Source of the DNA: Octopus vulgaris
Taxonomy: Eukaryota
Reading direction: 5' to 3'
NCBI GenBank assembly: GCA_951406725.2
Contig: OX597831.1
Coordinates: forward strand, 32,240,001-32,304,000
Length of the DNA stretch: 64,000 nt
The notes under the pieces were generated by a model. It was not told the origin of the DNA and did not search any database. It was given only the letters and a program-made list of their open reading frames with translations. Positions 24,433 to 37,771 of the stretch are shown piece by piece. The translations under genes were made by a program, and so were the position numbers. The number at the start of each line of letters is the position of its first letter. Positions within the stretch are counted from its first letter, which is position 1.

Positions 24433-25123
24433 AGTACCAGAAGTCAGTTTCGTGTGAGGGCTTCAAAGTACCAAAACACAAGAGGAAGATAGAAAAGGAG
24501 AGAGGCAGGCCCATCAAATAGATCTTCTGTGGTGGGGTGCATAGCATTTTGGTTGAGAGATGCAAAATGTCAAGAATCCAACCCAAATGCACAACAAAGA
24601 AAGGCCTGCAGTGGGTGGCAAGGAAATAAACTCCATGAGACCTGTCAGTCTGTAGTCTTAGATGTTTTCAGCTTAATCTTTTTTTTTTTATTCCAAAAAC
24701 TACAATGCTGTGGTTTGCCCATTACTGTATATACATATATATACATACATACATACGTACATACATACATGTACATTGGTGGATCAAAATCAATTTATGC
24801 AGATAACTTTGCATATCATAATCGCCACCAACCAACCAACCACCACCACAACCACTGTCCAATATACAATGTGTGTGTAAGTATGTGTGTGTGTTTGTGT
24901 ATGCTGCGTAAGTTATGCAGTTACTTGTTTGCGTGATAATCAGGGAACTAGTAGAAAGTTAGTACCAATTTGGCAGTGATATATGTGTGAGCGCGTGCGC
25001 GTGTGTGTTTGGGTGTATGTGTTACAGGCAAGTGCTACATGTACAGGTCATGGTGACTGTTTTACTGTTTACTGGGAAAGAGAAAGTTTTCTATATACAT
25101 CCCTGGATCACTGTGTGTGTATT

Positions 25124-25155
<32 letters not shown>

Positions 25156-25184
25156 CACATACATACACACACTCATTCACAAGC

Positions 25185-25215
<31 letters not shown>

Positions 25216-25302
25216 TTCACATACATACATGCATACATATATATATTTGTGTGTGTTGAATGAGAAGCAAGAAGTGAAAACAGAAAAAGGAAGAAAATTA
25301 AT

Positions 25303-25339
<37 letters not shown>

Positions 25340-25839
25340 AAGAGTAGAGAAAGGTGAAATGAGAGGGAGAGAGGTAGAGTTAACTTGAATATCAATACTG
25401 CCTCCTCCTCCTCCTCTTACTAATATACACACTAACTCCTCTCTCTCTCTTTTTCTCTCACCTCTACTCCTCACTCCTCCAACTCCAGCAAGAAAGATAC
25501 AAAGTCGGAAAGCCCAGGAATCCAATATTTACAACTCATCAGTATCTTCCACATACATATGTACGCAGGCACACACACACACACACACACACAGAGACTT
25601 TTATGCATTAGCCACCCACTCAATCCATATCTCTTTATGAATGCGTCATTTTCACAACACACACAAAATAGAGAGAAGCAAGGCAAATACCATTCCAGTC
25701 AATCCATATTATTCCACCAATCTAAAATCTGTCTCTCATTTGTGTGTGTGTGTGTGTGATGTAGTAGTTGGTTTACAGCTGGTCAGTGAGTGACCGTTGG
25801 TTCTGCACCTATTATACTCTTAGCAATATAGGTGACCCG

Positions 25840-25980
25840 TCAGACCTACTGACCAGAGGTACATGACCTCTCTACTACTGGAGGTATGAATACAGTCCTG
25901 GTTCTCACAACCCTGACAGACCAAGACTGTTCCTACCTCCAGAAGCAAAGAGGTTATGTGCCTCTGGTCAGTAAGTCTGA
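25840..25980. repeat. ~140-bp imperfect hairpin/palindrome
   Basis: TCAGACCTACTGACCAGAGGTACATGACCTCT pairs with AGAGGTTATGTGCCTCTGGTCAGTAAGTCTGA; inner arms CTGGAGGTA/TACCTCCAG. Confidence 0.75.
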
Positions 25981-26004
25981 TGATCAGACATAACCAGTAA
26001 CTAC

Positions 26005-26385
26005 ATCATCATCATCATTTAGTGTTTGTTGTCCAAGCTGGCATGGGTTAGACAGTTTGACTGGGCTAGCACACTGGGAGGCTGCATCAGGCTCCAGTCT
26101 GAGTTGACACAGTTTCCAACAGCTGGACGCCCTTCCTAATGCCAACCACTCCAAGAGTGTTATGGGTGCGTTTATGTGCCACCAGCATGGGTGCCACCAG
26201 CATGGGTGCCACCAGCATGGGTGCCACCAGCATGGGTGCCAATTTGACACCAGCATCTGCCACGACCGTGATTTTGCTCAGCTTGATGGGTCTTCTTCTC
26301 AAGCATGACACAATGCCAAAGGCCTTCGTCATTGCCTCCAAGAGGCCCCAACACTCAAAAGGAACTCAACCACTTTGCCTACACT
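26005..26385 (-). mobile_element. family C copy extending 5' into an RTE-like ORF terminus; contains a 15-bp x4 slippage repeat
   Basis: RC reads EAMT...LWHCVMLEKKTHQ, similar to RTE ORF ends. GTGCCACCAGCATGG is repeated at 26176-26240. Confidence 0.65.
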
Positions 26386-26493
26386 AAATATTATGGGTTT
26401 TTTTTCAGATTTATGAACAACTGACAAATACATACTCACATACATACATATACATATGTATATACACACACACACACATGGAGGAGGAGGAGG

Positions 26494-26825
26494 GGATCCC
26501 CTTCGGTCATGAATGACCATGGGATTGCACCTAGAAAGTTACCCACAAAGGTACAAGTCCGGGCAAGGTTGTTTATGGAAGTCCAGCAGTCGCCCATGCA
26601 CTCAAGTCTCCCCTCCCATGCCACCAGTGTTATCCAAGGGAAAGGCAAAGGCCAATACAGCTTGGCACCAGTGACATGACAACTCGTTTCTACAGCTGAG
26701 TGAACTGGAGCAATGTGAAATAAGGTGTCATGCTCAAGAACACAACACACAGCATGGTCCAGGAATCGAACTCACAACCTCACAATCATAAGCTCAACGC
26801 TCTAACCTCTGAGCCATGCACCTTC
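26494..26825 (-). mobile_element. SINE family D
   Basis: RC matches 13363-13692. Confidence 0.85.
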
Positions 26826-27407
26826 ACATACATACATACTTAATATATATGTATATATATTATCTGTTTTTATGTTCAATTATAATAAAAACAATTTTAC
26901 CTTATTGTTATATTCAGGGATGGCCATATTTGTTTTGTCAGTTAACCACACACACACACTATATTCTTGGAATTCACTTCATCATCACATCATCACATCA
27001 TCATCATCATATTATTATTATTTTAGTATCCTTTGCCTGAAATCTTTTGTCACAGATCCTGTCACCTGCAACCCATGTGTTCATCCAGTTCTGCAGTCTG
27101 ACAATGGCTTAGCTTGCCGAAACTTCAAAGTCACTGTCAACAACATTTTTATATAAGAATGATATACACGTATATTTATTCTCAGCATTGTCATTTTAAT
27201 GTCCACCGTTTCATGCTCGCATGGGTAAGATGGAGTTTATTAATGCAGATTTTCTATGGTTGGATGCCTTCCCTGTTGCTAACCCTCATCACCTGTTTCC
27301 AAGCAATGTAATATTTCCCTACAACAACAAACAATCATGAAAACAACATCATTTGTTTGACATTGATGCTCATTTACAACAATCACATGATGTCAAGACA
27401 ACTGTAT

Positions 27408-27443
<36 letters not shown>

Positions 27444-27543
27444 AACAGGTGAGATCCAGAGATGCTCAATATAGAAGACCTGTAGTAGTGCTCAAATGAT
27501 TTTATCATAAACTTGGAAGTCTTTATCGAGGACTAGGTCCATG

Positions 27544-27812
27544 TAAAGGTAAAAAAAGGTAAAGTTACCTTTGTGAGTCCGGCTGACTCATAAAGGCTGG
27601 ATTCCTGGTTTCCATGGAGTATAAGTTCCAACCCTGGACAGGACGCCGCTCCATTGCAGGGGTCACTCATTTTTGCCAGCTGAGTGGACTGGAGCAACAT
27701 GAAACGAAGTATTTTGCTCAAGAACACATCACGCTGCCCGGTTCAGGAATTGAAACGACAAGCTTATGATCCTGAGTCCAACACCCTAACCACTAAACCA
27801 CGCACCTCCACT
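27544..27812 (-). mobile_element. tRNA/CORE-like SINE family E
   Basis: RC has a TGGTTTAGTGG A-box and a GTTTCAATTCC B-box. 12-bp TSD ACTAGGTCCATG at 27532-27543 and 27813-27824. Confidence 0.88.
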
Positions 27813-28257
27813 ACTAGGTCCATGGGGTAAAGAGGGGCTATAAGAGAAATCCAGGTGAGTTGATATGGAGATAGAGATTGAAATAAACACAACTAGGCTT
27901 GATACATATATAAACAGGAATAGAAGAGAAAATTCAGAATGGTCAGGTAGAGTTAATCTGAAGGGTTTCCTTCCACAGTTTCTGTTGAACTGGTTTTCAT
28001 TTTACTCAAATGGTTAGGCCAATGCAAGGCTAGGATGGAAGCACCTTGCCCAAGGTAACTGCTGTGCTGTGAGACCAAACCAAAAATAAATCATGTGATT
28101 ACTAAATGGACTCCTTAACTTCACAGCAATATCTGCACCCCTGGGGGTCAGGTGGGGGTTATACAACAACAACAGCAGCAGAATAAATGGTTCTGCTGTA
28201 TTCTAGTGAAACATGGATTTGAAAGTGTTGTAAAGTAAGGATCATAGTGTTTCTTAC

Positions 28258-28506
28258 ATGATGATGATGGTGGTGGTGGTGATAGTTATGATGATGGTGA
28301 TGATGGATATGACGATGGGAATGATGACGATGATAATGATGTTAGTGGTTATGTTGGTGGTGGTGATGGTAGTAATAATGATGATAGTGATGATGGTGAG
28401 GATGATGATGGTAGTGATGGTGGTTGATGATGATGATGGTGGTGATGATGTTAGTGGTTATGATGTTGGTAGTGGTAATGATGATGATGGTGATAATGGT
28501 GATGAT
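28258..28506. repeat. (GAT/GGT)n compound microsatellite
   Basis: Direct reading. Confidence 0.9.
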
Positions 28507-28546
28507 AGAGCTGTATCTATCAGTACTAGAAGTATGTGTGCATGCA

Positions 28547-28582
<36 letters not shown>

Positions 28583-29254
28583 CTTCCATTTCAAACCAGA
28601 AAATGGTGGTGGTGCAAAAAATTGGACAAACAAACAAAAAAAGGATAAAGAAAAAAGAGAAAAAAAATGTGTTATTTGAAAAAAAGAATGAAAAATGAAA
28701 AAAATATTAAGCAGAGAATTTTTCAATGGAATCCTCATGATTTAAAAAACTTGCTCAACATGTTCATTGTAACGATATCATAATACATATGATAGGATGA
28801 TGGCTTCTGTTAGCAAAGAGCAGGTGATTTTTCACACAAATAACTCTTGGAGAGAAAATACATAGAAAATATATTAAAAAAAAAAAACCATAGAGATCCA
28901 AGCACGAAGATTAATTGGAACTGTTAAATGTCCATATTACAAAGACAGAATCCATTGTTGTTATTGGCAGAAGTCTACAGGAATTCTCTTCACCAAACCA
29001 TCAATGGAAATTGCATACCAACCAACCAACCAACCAACCAACCAACCAGCTAACAAGCCAGCCAGCCAGATGACCAAGGAGCCAGTCAGCCACACAATCT
29101 GTTAATGCTAACAAGCTAAATATATTGTGTAATGAATTATTAATGAATTTATAAGAGGCAAATCTATACTCTACACCACCAGTAATACCACCACCACCAA
29201 CACCAACAACAGCAACAATAACAACAAATATCACTACCAATGAACCAATGTGGG

Positions 29255-29925
29255 GGCCTCTATTTGGTTGTATCATCTGCTAGAAATAACAGTCAAATTT
29301 CCCTTGATCACACCCTATCATTTTAAAGCATGGAAGATCATGATTAATATGGTCCTGAGTTCTCTGCACATAGGGAAAAGAAATGATGGCCATGGCTGGA
29401 ATGCCTTAGGTGATTGGTCTTCTCATTCAAGGATGACCTGGAGGCTAATCAACAACAGTACAAACACCACCACTATGACCCCTGCTCCCCACCCCTCCAC
29501 TAAATAATAAGAGAGAAAAAGCATGTTCCAACTTGATTGTCAGTACATGGTCACACTCTCTGCTAGAAATAGAAACCAAATTTCTTTCAAATCATGCCCT
29601 GCACTTCAAAACAAAGAAAAAAAAACAAAACAAATTTAAGGATACATTAATATATTCCTAGATATACTGTGATAGAAAGGAGAGAATGGTCACAACTGGA
29701 ATGTCTTTGATCAGAGGTCTAGTACATCTGGGCTGACTTAGGGCTAAACAACAACAACAGTCATCAATGAAGGATCTTTTATGTGTCCACTCAGCCAGCT
29801 AGAAATAGAAACTAAAATTCCCCTGAAAGCACATCATACTGTCTTGAAAAAGAAGAACACCACAGTGGATTATGTGGTTGTAGATAACATTGTTTGAAAA
29901 TAAGATGTGATGGGCATACTTGGAT
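29255..29925 (+). mobile_element. three tandem copies of an old repeat (family F)
   Basis: Recurrent GCTAGAAATA...AAATT(T)C...TCA...; two copies end GGCTAA(A/T)CAACAAC. Related pieces at ~34255-34440(-) and ~60095-60265. Confidence 0.6.
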
Positions 29926-30322
29926 CATCTTGAAGGTGGGTGAATTGGCAGAGTTGTTAGAGTATTGGATAGAATGACTTGTACTAGTCGTTCTGACACT
30001 TGGTGATCTGAGTTCAAATCCTACCCAGGACAACTTTGCTTTTCTTCTTTCCGAAAGTTAAAAAACACACAAGTTCCAATTCAAGATGTGTAGAACAGTG
30101 GATGACAGATGCAATGGAACATAACGGATGGTGAACAAAATGTTTTACAATAGTTGTATGTTCATCAAGTTAACGAGAGCTAATCTCCTGTCTTGCCATT
30201 CCTACAGCCAGCTGCCTAAAGCACCCACGGCAGCTGGACTAGTTACAATGGTTGTCATTATATTGAGCCAATTTTAGGACAGTGAGATATTCTGGCATAT
30301 TTTTTGATAATGATATTTCTCT

Positions 30323-30545
30323 TAAAGGTGATGAGCTAGTAGAATCGTTAGCAAAATGCTGAGCAGCAGGCAAAATGCCCAGAGGTATGTTGTCCAACTT
30401 TTCGTTCTGAGTTCAAATTCCACTAAGGTCAACTTTGCTTTTCATCCTTTTGGAGTCAATAAAATAAATACCAGTTGAACACTGGGGTTGATATCATCAA
30501 CTTACCCCTCCCCAAAATTACTGGCCTTGTGCCAAAATTTAAAAC
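30323..30545 (+). mobile_element. SINE family B with TSD
   Basis: 12-bp TSD TGATATTTCTCT at 30311-30322 and 30546-30557. Confidence 0.88.
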
Positions 30546-30589
30546 TGATATTTCTCTAAAATATATAAAACATATACACACACACACAC

Positions 30590-30635
<46 letters not shown>

Positions 30636-30662
30636 TTACATATAAAACAATATATATGTATA

Positions 30663-30868
30663 TGAGAGGGTGTAGAAAAGTTTCTGGCTTTGGGTAAAAG
30701 AAAATACAGGAGGATCAATCAATTATGATTTTAGTAAACATATTCCCCTCTCAGATTCACAAACTTATTGCAGCGGTCCTTCAGTTTTTCTAAGCCTTGT
30801 AAAAGAATTTGGAAGGTTGGGCTTTCAGGAGACCCTTAAAGCCAGGAACTTCTCAGCAGTACCCCCTT
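30663..30868. mobile_element. mariner-type MITE
   Basis: TA-flanked imperfect TIRs TGAGAGGGTGTAGAAAAGTTTCTGGCTTT...AAAGCCAGGAACTTCTCAGCAGTACCCCCT. Confidence 0.75.
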
Positions 30869-30919
30869 ATATGTGTGTGTATGCCAGTATATTCTATTTT
30901 CATTTTTTATTCTTTTATA

Positions 30920-31282
30920 TACTTTTATTTCAGTCAGTTGACTGTGGCCATGCTGGAGCACTGCCTTTAGTCGAACAAATTGACCCAGAACTTATTCTTT
31001 GTAAGCCTAGTACTTATTGTATCGGTCTCTTTGCCGAACCGGTAAGTTATGGGGATGTAAACACACCAGCATCAGTTGTCAAGCGATGTTGAAGGGACAA
31101 ACACAGACACACACATATATATATATATATATACGACAGGCTTCTTTCAGTTTCCATCAACCAAATCCACTCACACGGCTTTGGTCAGCCTGAGGCTATA
31201 GTAGAAGACACTTGCCCAAGGTGCCACTCAGTGGGACTGAACCTGGAATCTTATGGTCGGTAAACAAGCTACTTACCACACA
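30920..31282 (-). mobile_element. SINE family A
   Basis: RC matches 31514-31912. Confidence 0.88.
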
Positions 31283-31513
31283 CACTAGTCCAGCTGCCAT
31301 AGGTGCTTTAGGCAGCTGGTTGTAGGAATGGCAAGACAGGAGATTAGCTCTCCTAGAAACACTGAGCCATAGTTATCAATTGAGGAAGTGGGGAGAGAGG
31401 TTAATGAATGTGGTGGGGAGTTAGGTAGAGACTGTGGTGAGGAAGTGAGAAAGAGGTGGCAATGAGATGTATTTTCAGATGCTCAACTAACCCCAACTAA
31501 CACCTATATATAT

Positions 31514-31910
31514 AGGTGCAGGAGTGGCTGTGTGGTAAGTAGCTTGCTTACCAACCACATGGTTCCGGGTTCAGTCCCACTGCGTGGCATCTTGGGCAAG
31601 TGTCTTCTGCTATAGCCCCGGGCCGACCAATGCCTTGTGAGTGGATTTGGTAGACGGAAACTGAAAGAAGCCTGTCGTATATATGTATATATATATATGT
31701 GTGTGTGTGTGTTTGTGTGTCTGTGTTTGTCCCCCTAGCATTGCCTGACAACCGATGCTGGTGTGTTTACGTCCCCGTCACTTAGCGGTTCGGCAAAAGA
31801 GACCGATAGAATAAGTACTGGGCTTACAAAGAATAAGTCCCGGGGTCGATTTGCTCGACTAAAGGCGGTGCTCCAGCATGGCCGCAGTCAAATGACTGAA
31901 AAGAATAAAA

Positions 31911-31912
<2 letters not shown>
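31514..31912 (+). mobile_element. SINE family A, well-preserved reference copy
   Basis: GGTGCAGGAGTGGCTGTGTGG (A-box), GGTTCAGTCCC (B-box), CORE-like CTTGGGCAAGTG, internal (TA)(TG)n and a 3' tail. Inserted in (TA)n. Confidence 0.92.
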
Positions 31913-31945
<33 letters not shown>

Positions 31946-32499
31946 TATGAAAGATGTTCACAACAAAATAGCAAAATTTGTTTCAAAAACAAAATTGTAA
32001 CAAATAAAATACCATGATTTTTATGTCATTTAAATGCTTAGGGAATTCTCAATCACCAGATGTATGTATATATATATATATATCCCTACCTTATTGGGGA
32101 AAGATAGGAGAGAAAGAAAGAGATAAAAGTGTGAAATAAATCTTTGGTAGCTGTTATTATTTAGTGAAATTATCAGAGAATTTATCGATACAAATGGCAT
32201 TGTTGCAAGTGTATTGACTGATGTTATGATTTTGGTCTGGCATCACCAGCATTCCATACCAAAAACTGCAGAAACTGAATTCACAAAGAACATTGATCTT
32301 ATTCTATTGATTCAAGAGAAAGGTTTCTGGTGTCGCATTTGAACCTTCCACTGCTTGTATGAGTGTATGTGTGTGTGTGTGTATGTAATTATATGTGTAT
32401 GTGTGCACACACATCATACATGTTTACACATTCGTACAAATAATCGTGTGTGTATGTACCACAATTATCTATCTCTAATACAAACATATATAAATATAT

Positions 32500-32503
32500 A
32501 TTC

Positions 32504-32536
<33 letters not shown>

Positions 32537-32631
32537 CACACACATATATATATATATATATACACACACACAAATATATATATAACACAGATATATATAT
32601 ACACACACACACACATCTATATATAACACAG

Positions 32632-32662
<31 letters not shown>

Positions 32663-32713
32663 TATATATAACACAGATATATATACACACACACACACAT
32701 ATATATAACACAG

Positions 32714-32748
<35 letters not shown>

Positions 32749-32820
32749 TATATATATATATAACACAGATATATATATATATATACAGATAGATACATAG
32801 ATATATATGATAGATAGATA
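32500..32820. repeat. TA/CA microsatellite with higher-order ATAACACAGAT unit
   Basis: ATAACACAGAT recurs five times at ~40-55 bp spacing. Confidence 0.85.
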
Positions 32821-34444
32821 GAATATGGAGAAAGGCAGTGAAGTGGGAGAAAGTAAGTGGCATAGAATGTCCCCCACCCCTCCAAAAAACAATGCTTATA
32901 TTTGTAATTAATTATTATAATTTTTTTTTATAATATATGAGATTTTGTGATTCGGCTTGATTTTTTTTTTTTTTAGAAAAAATAAAACCAAAATAAAAAG
33001 AAATAACCCCATTACCTCGCTTCTCTCTACTAAAATGCCCATAATCAATGAGAATATTCCAACTAACCATTCTACCATTCTACAGAGTTCTGGGAAAATT
33101 TATTGTAATGTTTTAGAAATAAATGTCAATAAATACACAGAGAAAAATATTAATGGAGAAATTGGTAGAATGGAAGGGAAAAAAAAAATGCTGTTAGCAT
33201 TTGGTTATGGCTCTTAACATTCTGAATTCAAATTCAGTTGGGGTCAGTTTGGTTTTCCAGCCCTTCCATCGTCATCGTCATCACTTAACATCTATTTTCC
33301 ATACTGGCATGGATGGAACAGTTTGAGAGGAGCTAGCAAGCCCAAGAGCTGTACCAGACTCCAATAGTCTGTTTTGTAAAGATTTCTATAGCTGGATGCC
33401 CTTCCTAATGCCAACCACTTTACAAAGTGTACTGGGTGCTTTTTCATCCTTCCTTGGTCAATTAAATAAAGTACCAGTCACATACTAGGGGGGTTGACGG
33501 TATTGTCTAAACCCTCCCCACCCCACTTCAAAACCTGTTGGCATTGAAAATTAGAGACAATCATCATCATCATATTATTATTATTATTATCATATATGAA
33601 TATCATTATATATGATAATATATAATGATTATATATTATATGTTATCAGGTGACAGAACAAATAGGGTTGTATGTACAGGCATAGCTTTGTGAGTCAGAA
33701 GTTCCATTCATTACTATACAGTAGTATGTTCAATCCTCTTGCACAGCCCCTTGGACAAATATCATCTACCACAACCTCTTGGGTCTCCCAGAATCCTTGC
33801 AAAGTGAAATTTGGTTGACTTGAATTGTAGACAATCCTGTTTTCTGTGATATTACATTACAGGAGATCAATAACTTCAATTAACACTAAATTATATATAT
33901 CGCTACTTACAACATAACGAACATTAATTAAAACATCTAAAATTACTAGATACTGACTAATACTAACATTTATCAGGCTAATTCTTCATGTTAATATTAT
34001 TTTAGAAACCTAATATGAAGTTTAATTAGTGACAATTATAATTAGTCTTTCTTTTTGTTGTTGTTGCTGCTGCTGTAACTATTTCTGAAAGAATTTTGCA
34101 TAGAATTCATTTAAATCCCAATTAAAACTCTTCTGGAAAGAATTTATATTAAGGACATTCAAAATTACATTAATATTTACAAAAATTAAAATTTCATAAA
34201 TTTTATTCATTTATTTAAACAAAATGATATTTAATTAATTAACAACATCCAAATTTTGCTGTTGTTGTTTCATACCAGTCTGGCCTTAATTAAGCCAACT
34301 TAGGATCAAAGGCGTTCCAGCCATGACTATTCCATCTACTTCCCAGACATAATATATATCTTAAAAGTACATTGTTACCCACTATGTCCTTCCTTTTTTA
34401 ATCAAGTTGGATGTGATTTAAATCAGGTTTGGTTGCTTATAGAA

Positions 34445-34834
34445 CAGTGTTTCTCAAACCATTTCTTTGTTTGCCAATCCCTTTGGTTCCTGCTTCATTT
34501 TGCTGGGACCCCCATAGCTGTTCAATGTCTATAAACTAGTTTTATACAAACTTCTTTCAGAATTCTTATTTTCTTTTCCACTCATTCCCTTGTGTAAGGT
34601 TTGCAACAACATTCTCTGAGAAAATATGCTTCTGTGGCTGGAAACATGTTGGACTACACAAAACATTAGAGAAAGAAACCCGTTCCCGGTAATAAATACA
34701 TTTAAGAAAAAATGTTTTTCATGGACCCTTCAAATACTACTGTAAATCCGTAATTTATTATTTTGGTTGCATGGACTCCCCAAAATTTTATATGAATCTC
34801 TAGGGGTCATATAGACACGGGTCGAGGACCACTG
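34445..34834. mobile_element. hAT (Charlie-like) MITE
   Basis: Ends CAGTGTTTCTCAAACC...GGGTCGAGGACCACTG. Flanks TTATAGAA/CTATAGGG resemble a decayed TSD. Confidence 0.7.
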
Positions 34835-34843
34835 CTATAGGGT

Positions 34844-35206
34844 CATAGCATTCCGTCAGTTACGACGACGAGGGTTCCAGTTGATCCGATCAACAAACAG
34901 CCTGCTCGTGAAATTAACATGCAAGCGGCTGAGTACTCCACAGACATGTGTACACTTAACGTAGTTCTCAGGGCGGTTCAGCGTGACACACAGTGTGACA
35001 AGGCTGACCCCTTTGAAATACAGGTACAACAGAAACAAAAAAGAGTGAGAGAAAGTTGTGGTGAAAGAGTACAGCAGGGTCTGCCACCACCCACTGCCGG
35101 AGCCTTGTGGAGTTTTAAGTGTTTTCGCTCAATAAACACAACGCCTGGTCTGGGAATTGAAACCATGATCCTATGACTGCAAACCCACTGCATCACTGTG
35201 CCTCTA
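34844..35206 (-). mobile_element. tRNA-derived SINE sharing its 5' half with 16694-17106 but with a different tail
   Basis: 9-bp TSD CTATAGGGT at 34835-34843 and 35207-35215. RC matches 16720-16890, then diverges. Confidence 0.85.
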
Positions 35207-36484
35207 CTATAGGGTAAGCCAAAAGTCACAAAATGGTTTGAAATTTAAATAATTTTTTTTTAAATCTCTTGTTTAAAATAAATTCAAATGAAATTTTTAT
35301 GGAAGTTTTTTTTTATTTTACTCAGTTTAAAACAGAAATTGGAATCATAGAACCAGCAGCGATCTTGGAGCAAGTTTGTATCCAAAGGATTAATGGACAT
35401 CAATGGTTCATAAACAGTGATCTACAAAGGGTATCCAAGTGTGACATGATTTTCAGAAGACCATTTGCTTTCTATCTTTTTGGGCAGGAGAGAAGGCAAT
35501 GTTCACAACCGTTTACAAAGACTCACCAAACCAAAGACCTGACTCAAATGCTTGCAATAGAGCGAACTCGGCTAAAGGTAAGCAAGGTTCCTGGTGGTGG
35601 ATTTGAGCTCAGAACATAAAGCCACTAAGCTGAATTCCACAACAATTTTGACAGCACTGTAGAATTTTTACAAACTCCCTGATATTTTGTTTTATTTATT
35701 CTAAACTTTTCCTCGTTAATAATGGTTTAATGAGAGGAATCTGGGCGGTGTCCAGTCTGTGACCCTTTGCAGGGTCTTTGCGACTGGCAGTTGGAGAAAG
35801 GAAGAAATTATTCTCAGACTGGAGAATAATGTTTCCAGTAGAGTGGATTCTGTTAAAGGTACCCTTGGGTACCCTGGTGGTGGTGGTGTTAAATTAGTAA
35901 TAATTATTATTGACTTTTTTTTGTTTTGTTAGCATAATGGTCCCACCCCATCCTTCCATCCTTTCCAGTACCAATGCCAACAACAAGAACTGCATCAATG
36001 CACCAACGCACCAGCACAACACCAAAAGTACCAATACCAACAGCACCAATAATGACAACAACAACAACACCAGCATCAATACCAGCAGCACCAATAACAC
36101 TACCAACAACACTAACATAAATATCAACAGCAATAATAATATCCAACAACACATGCCAAAATCTGCATCCCAATGATACCACAAGGAATTATGGGATCAA
36201 TCACATAATCAATTAGTCGATAATTATGAGAAAGTGAGAGAGGGGGAGGAGAAAGAGAAAGTGGATAAGAGAGAGAGAGAGAGGGAGAAAGGCAAAAAGA
36301 GAAAGAGAGGGGAAAAAGAAAGGGGAAGTGGATACAAGAAAGACACTGGTTGGTGCATGATACAAGAAGCAATGGAATTGGTATGGAATTTGGTTGGACA
36401 ATAGAATTAGTATACAGCCTTGTTCAGCAATATAATTTAATAAAAGTTTAGTATACAGTAGCATGTATGTATGTTTATGTGATG

Positions 36485-36515
<31 letters not shown>

Positions 36516-37069
36516 AAACATGAAATAGGTTTGTTGCAGAAGGAATCTGGAGCAGGTGGGAGTGTGAGTGGATACATACCCTTCTTGGAAGTATAGGGAA
36601 TGCAGGTACCAAACCTTATTGAAATTTAGGGTTTATTTAAGCAAACAATAGAGTGCTTAACCTAGATTAATCAAAAGAGAACAGACCACCAGAAAGCTTA
36701 AAGTACATTCTCCCCTATACCTTCCCCGTGTTTCACTAAACAGCAAGATATAGCTCCTAGCATAAAGCCACCTCATTCCGTACTGTAGCTCTACTGAAGC
36801 CAAAGAGGTTCTTAGTCTTGCAAGCTGCATGGCAACCTCACTAGTGCTGGTGCCACAGAAAAAAAGAAACACCCAGCATACACTGCAGTGTGGTTGGTGT
36901 TAGGAAGAGCATCCGGCCACAGAAACCATGCCAAAGCAGACATTGGAGTATGATGCAGTTTTCAGACCTGTCAGCTTCTTTTAAACCATCCAACACCTAC
37001 CAGTATGGGAAATAGGCATAAAAAGATGATGATGAAGAGAGATAAAAAGGAATGGATGGATGGAAAGCT

Positions 37070-37144
37070 AGAGAGAGAGAGAGAGAGAAGCAGAGATAGA
37101 TAGATAGATAGATATATAGCTAGAGAGAGAGAGAGAGATAAATA

Positions 37145-37176
<32 letters not shown>

Positions 37177-37362
37177 CACACACACACACACAGATAGAGA
37201 GGTAGAAAGATAGAGACACACACACAGATAGATAGAGAGGTAGAAAGATAGAGAGACACACACAGAGATAGATAAATACAGAGATAAATAGATAGAGAGA
37301 TAGATAAATAAAGAGAGAGAGAGAGAGAGAGAGATACATAGATACAGTGAGAGAGAGAGAGA
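37070..37362. repeat. (GA)n/(GATA)n compound microsatellite
   Basis: Direct reading. Confidence 0.9.
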
Positions 37363-37771
37363 GATGTTATAATAGAATTGCCAGGATACACTACAAATCA
37401 CATCACAAAATTACATCACAGTTGTGTAGTTCTCTCATCAAGAGCAGCAACAACAACTCCCTTGAGTAAAACTTCATCCTCATCATTGTTCTTACATCCA
37501 TCTTCCCTAAGCAGAGATAGGTCACAGAAAAGTTTACTGAGGTAGATTTTCTTCATCCACATAATTTTCCTATTCAACCCTGCACCCCAACATACACACT
37601 TGTTTATCAAGTGGTATCTTCCATTCCATTGGCACACACCCACTGAAAAAAATGGGACATTTCTATACTGGTAAATGTGAACGAACTCAACATTACACAG
37701 GACAAACATTATCTGAAGTAGAACTCAATACAGCAGTTAGAGTAGAGAGACTGTCGACTTGATATATATCT

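Larger units (their letters stand above)
30175..31352. repeat. 69-bp inverted repeat pair (30175-30243 and 31284-31352) enclosing nested TEs
   Basis: GAGAGCTAATCTCCTGTCTTGCCATTCCTACA...GGCAGCTGGACTAGT and its near-perfect reverse complement. Confidence 0.85.

Noticed and set aside
35269-35619. 116-aa non-repetitive ORF
   Set aside because: No ATG start, no recognisable domain, and its 3' end runs into a SINE B remnant.
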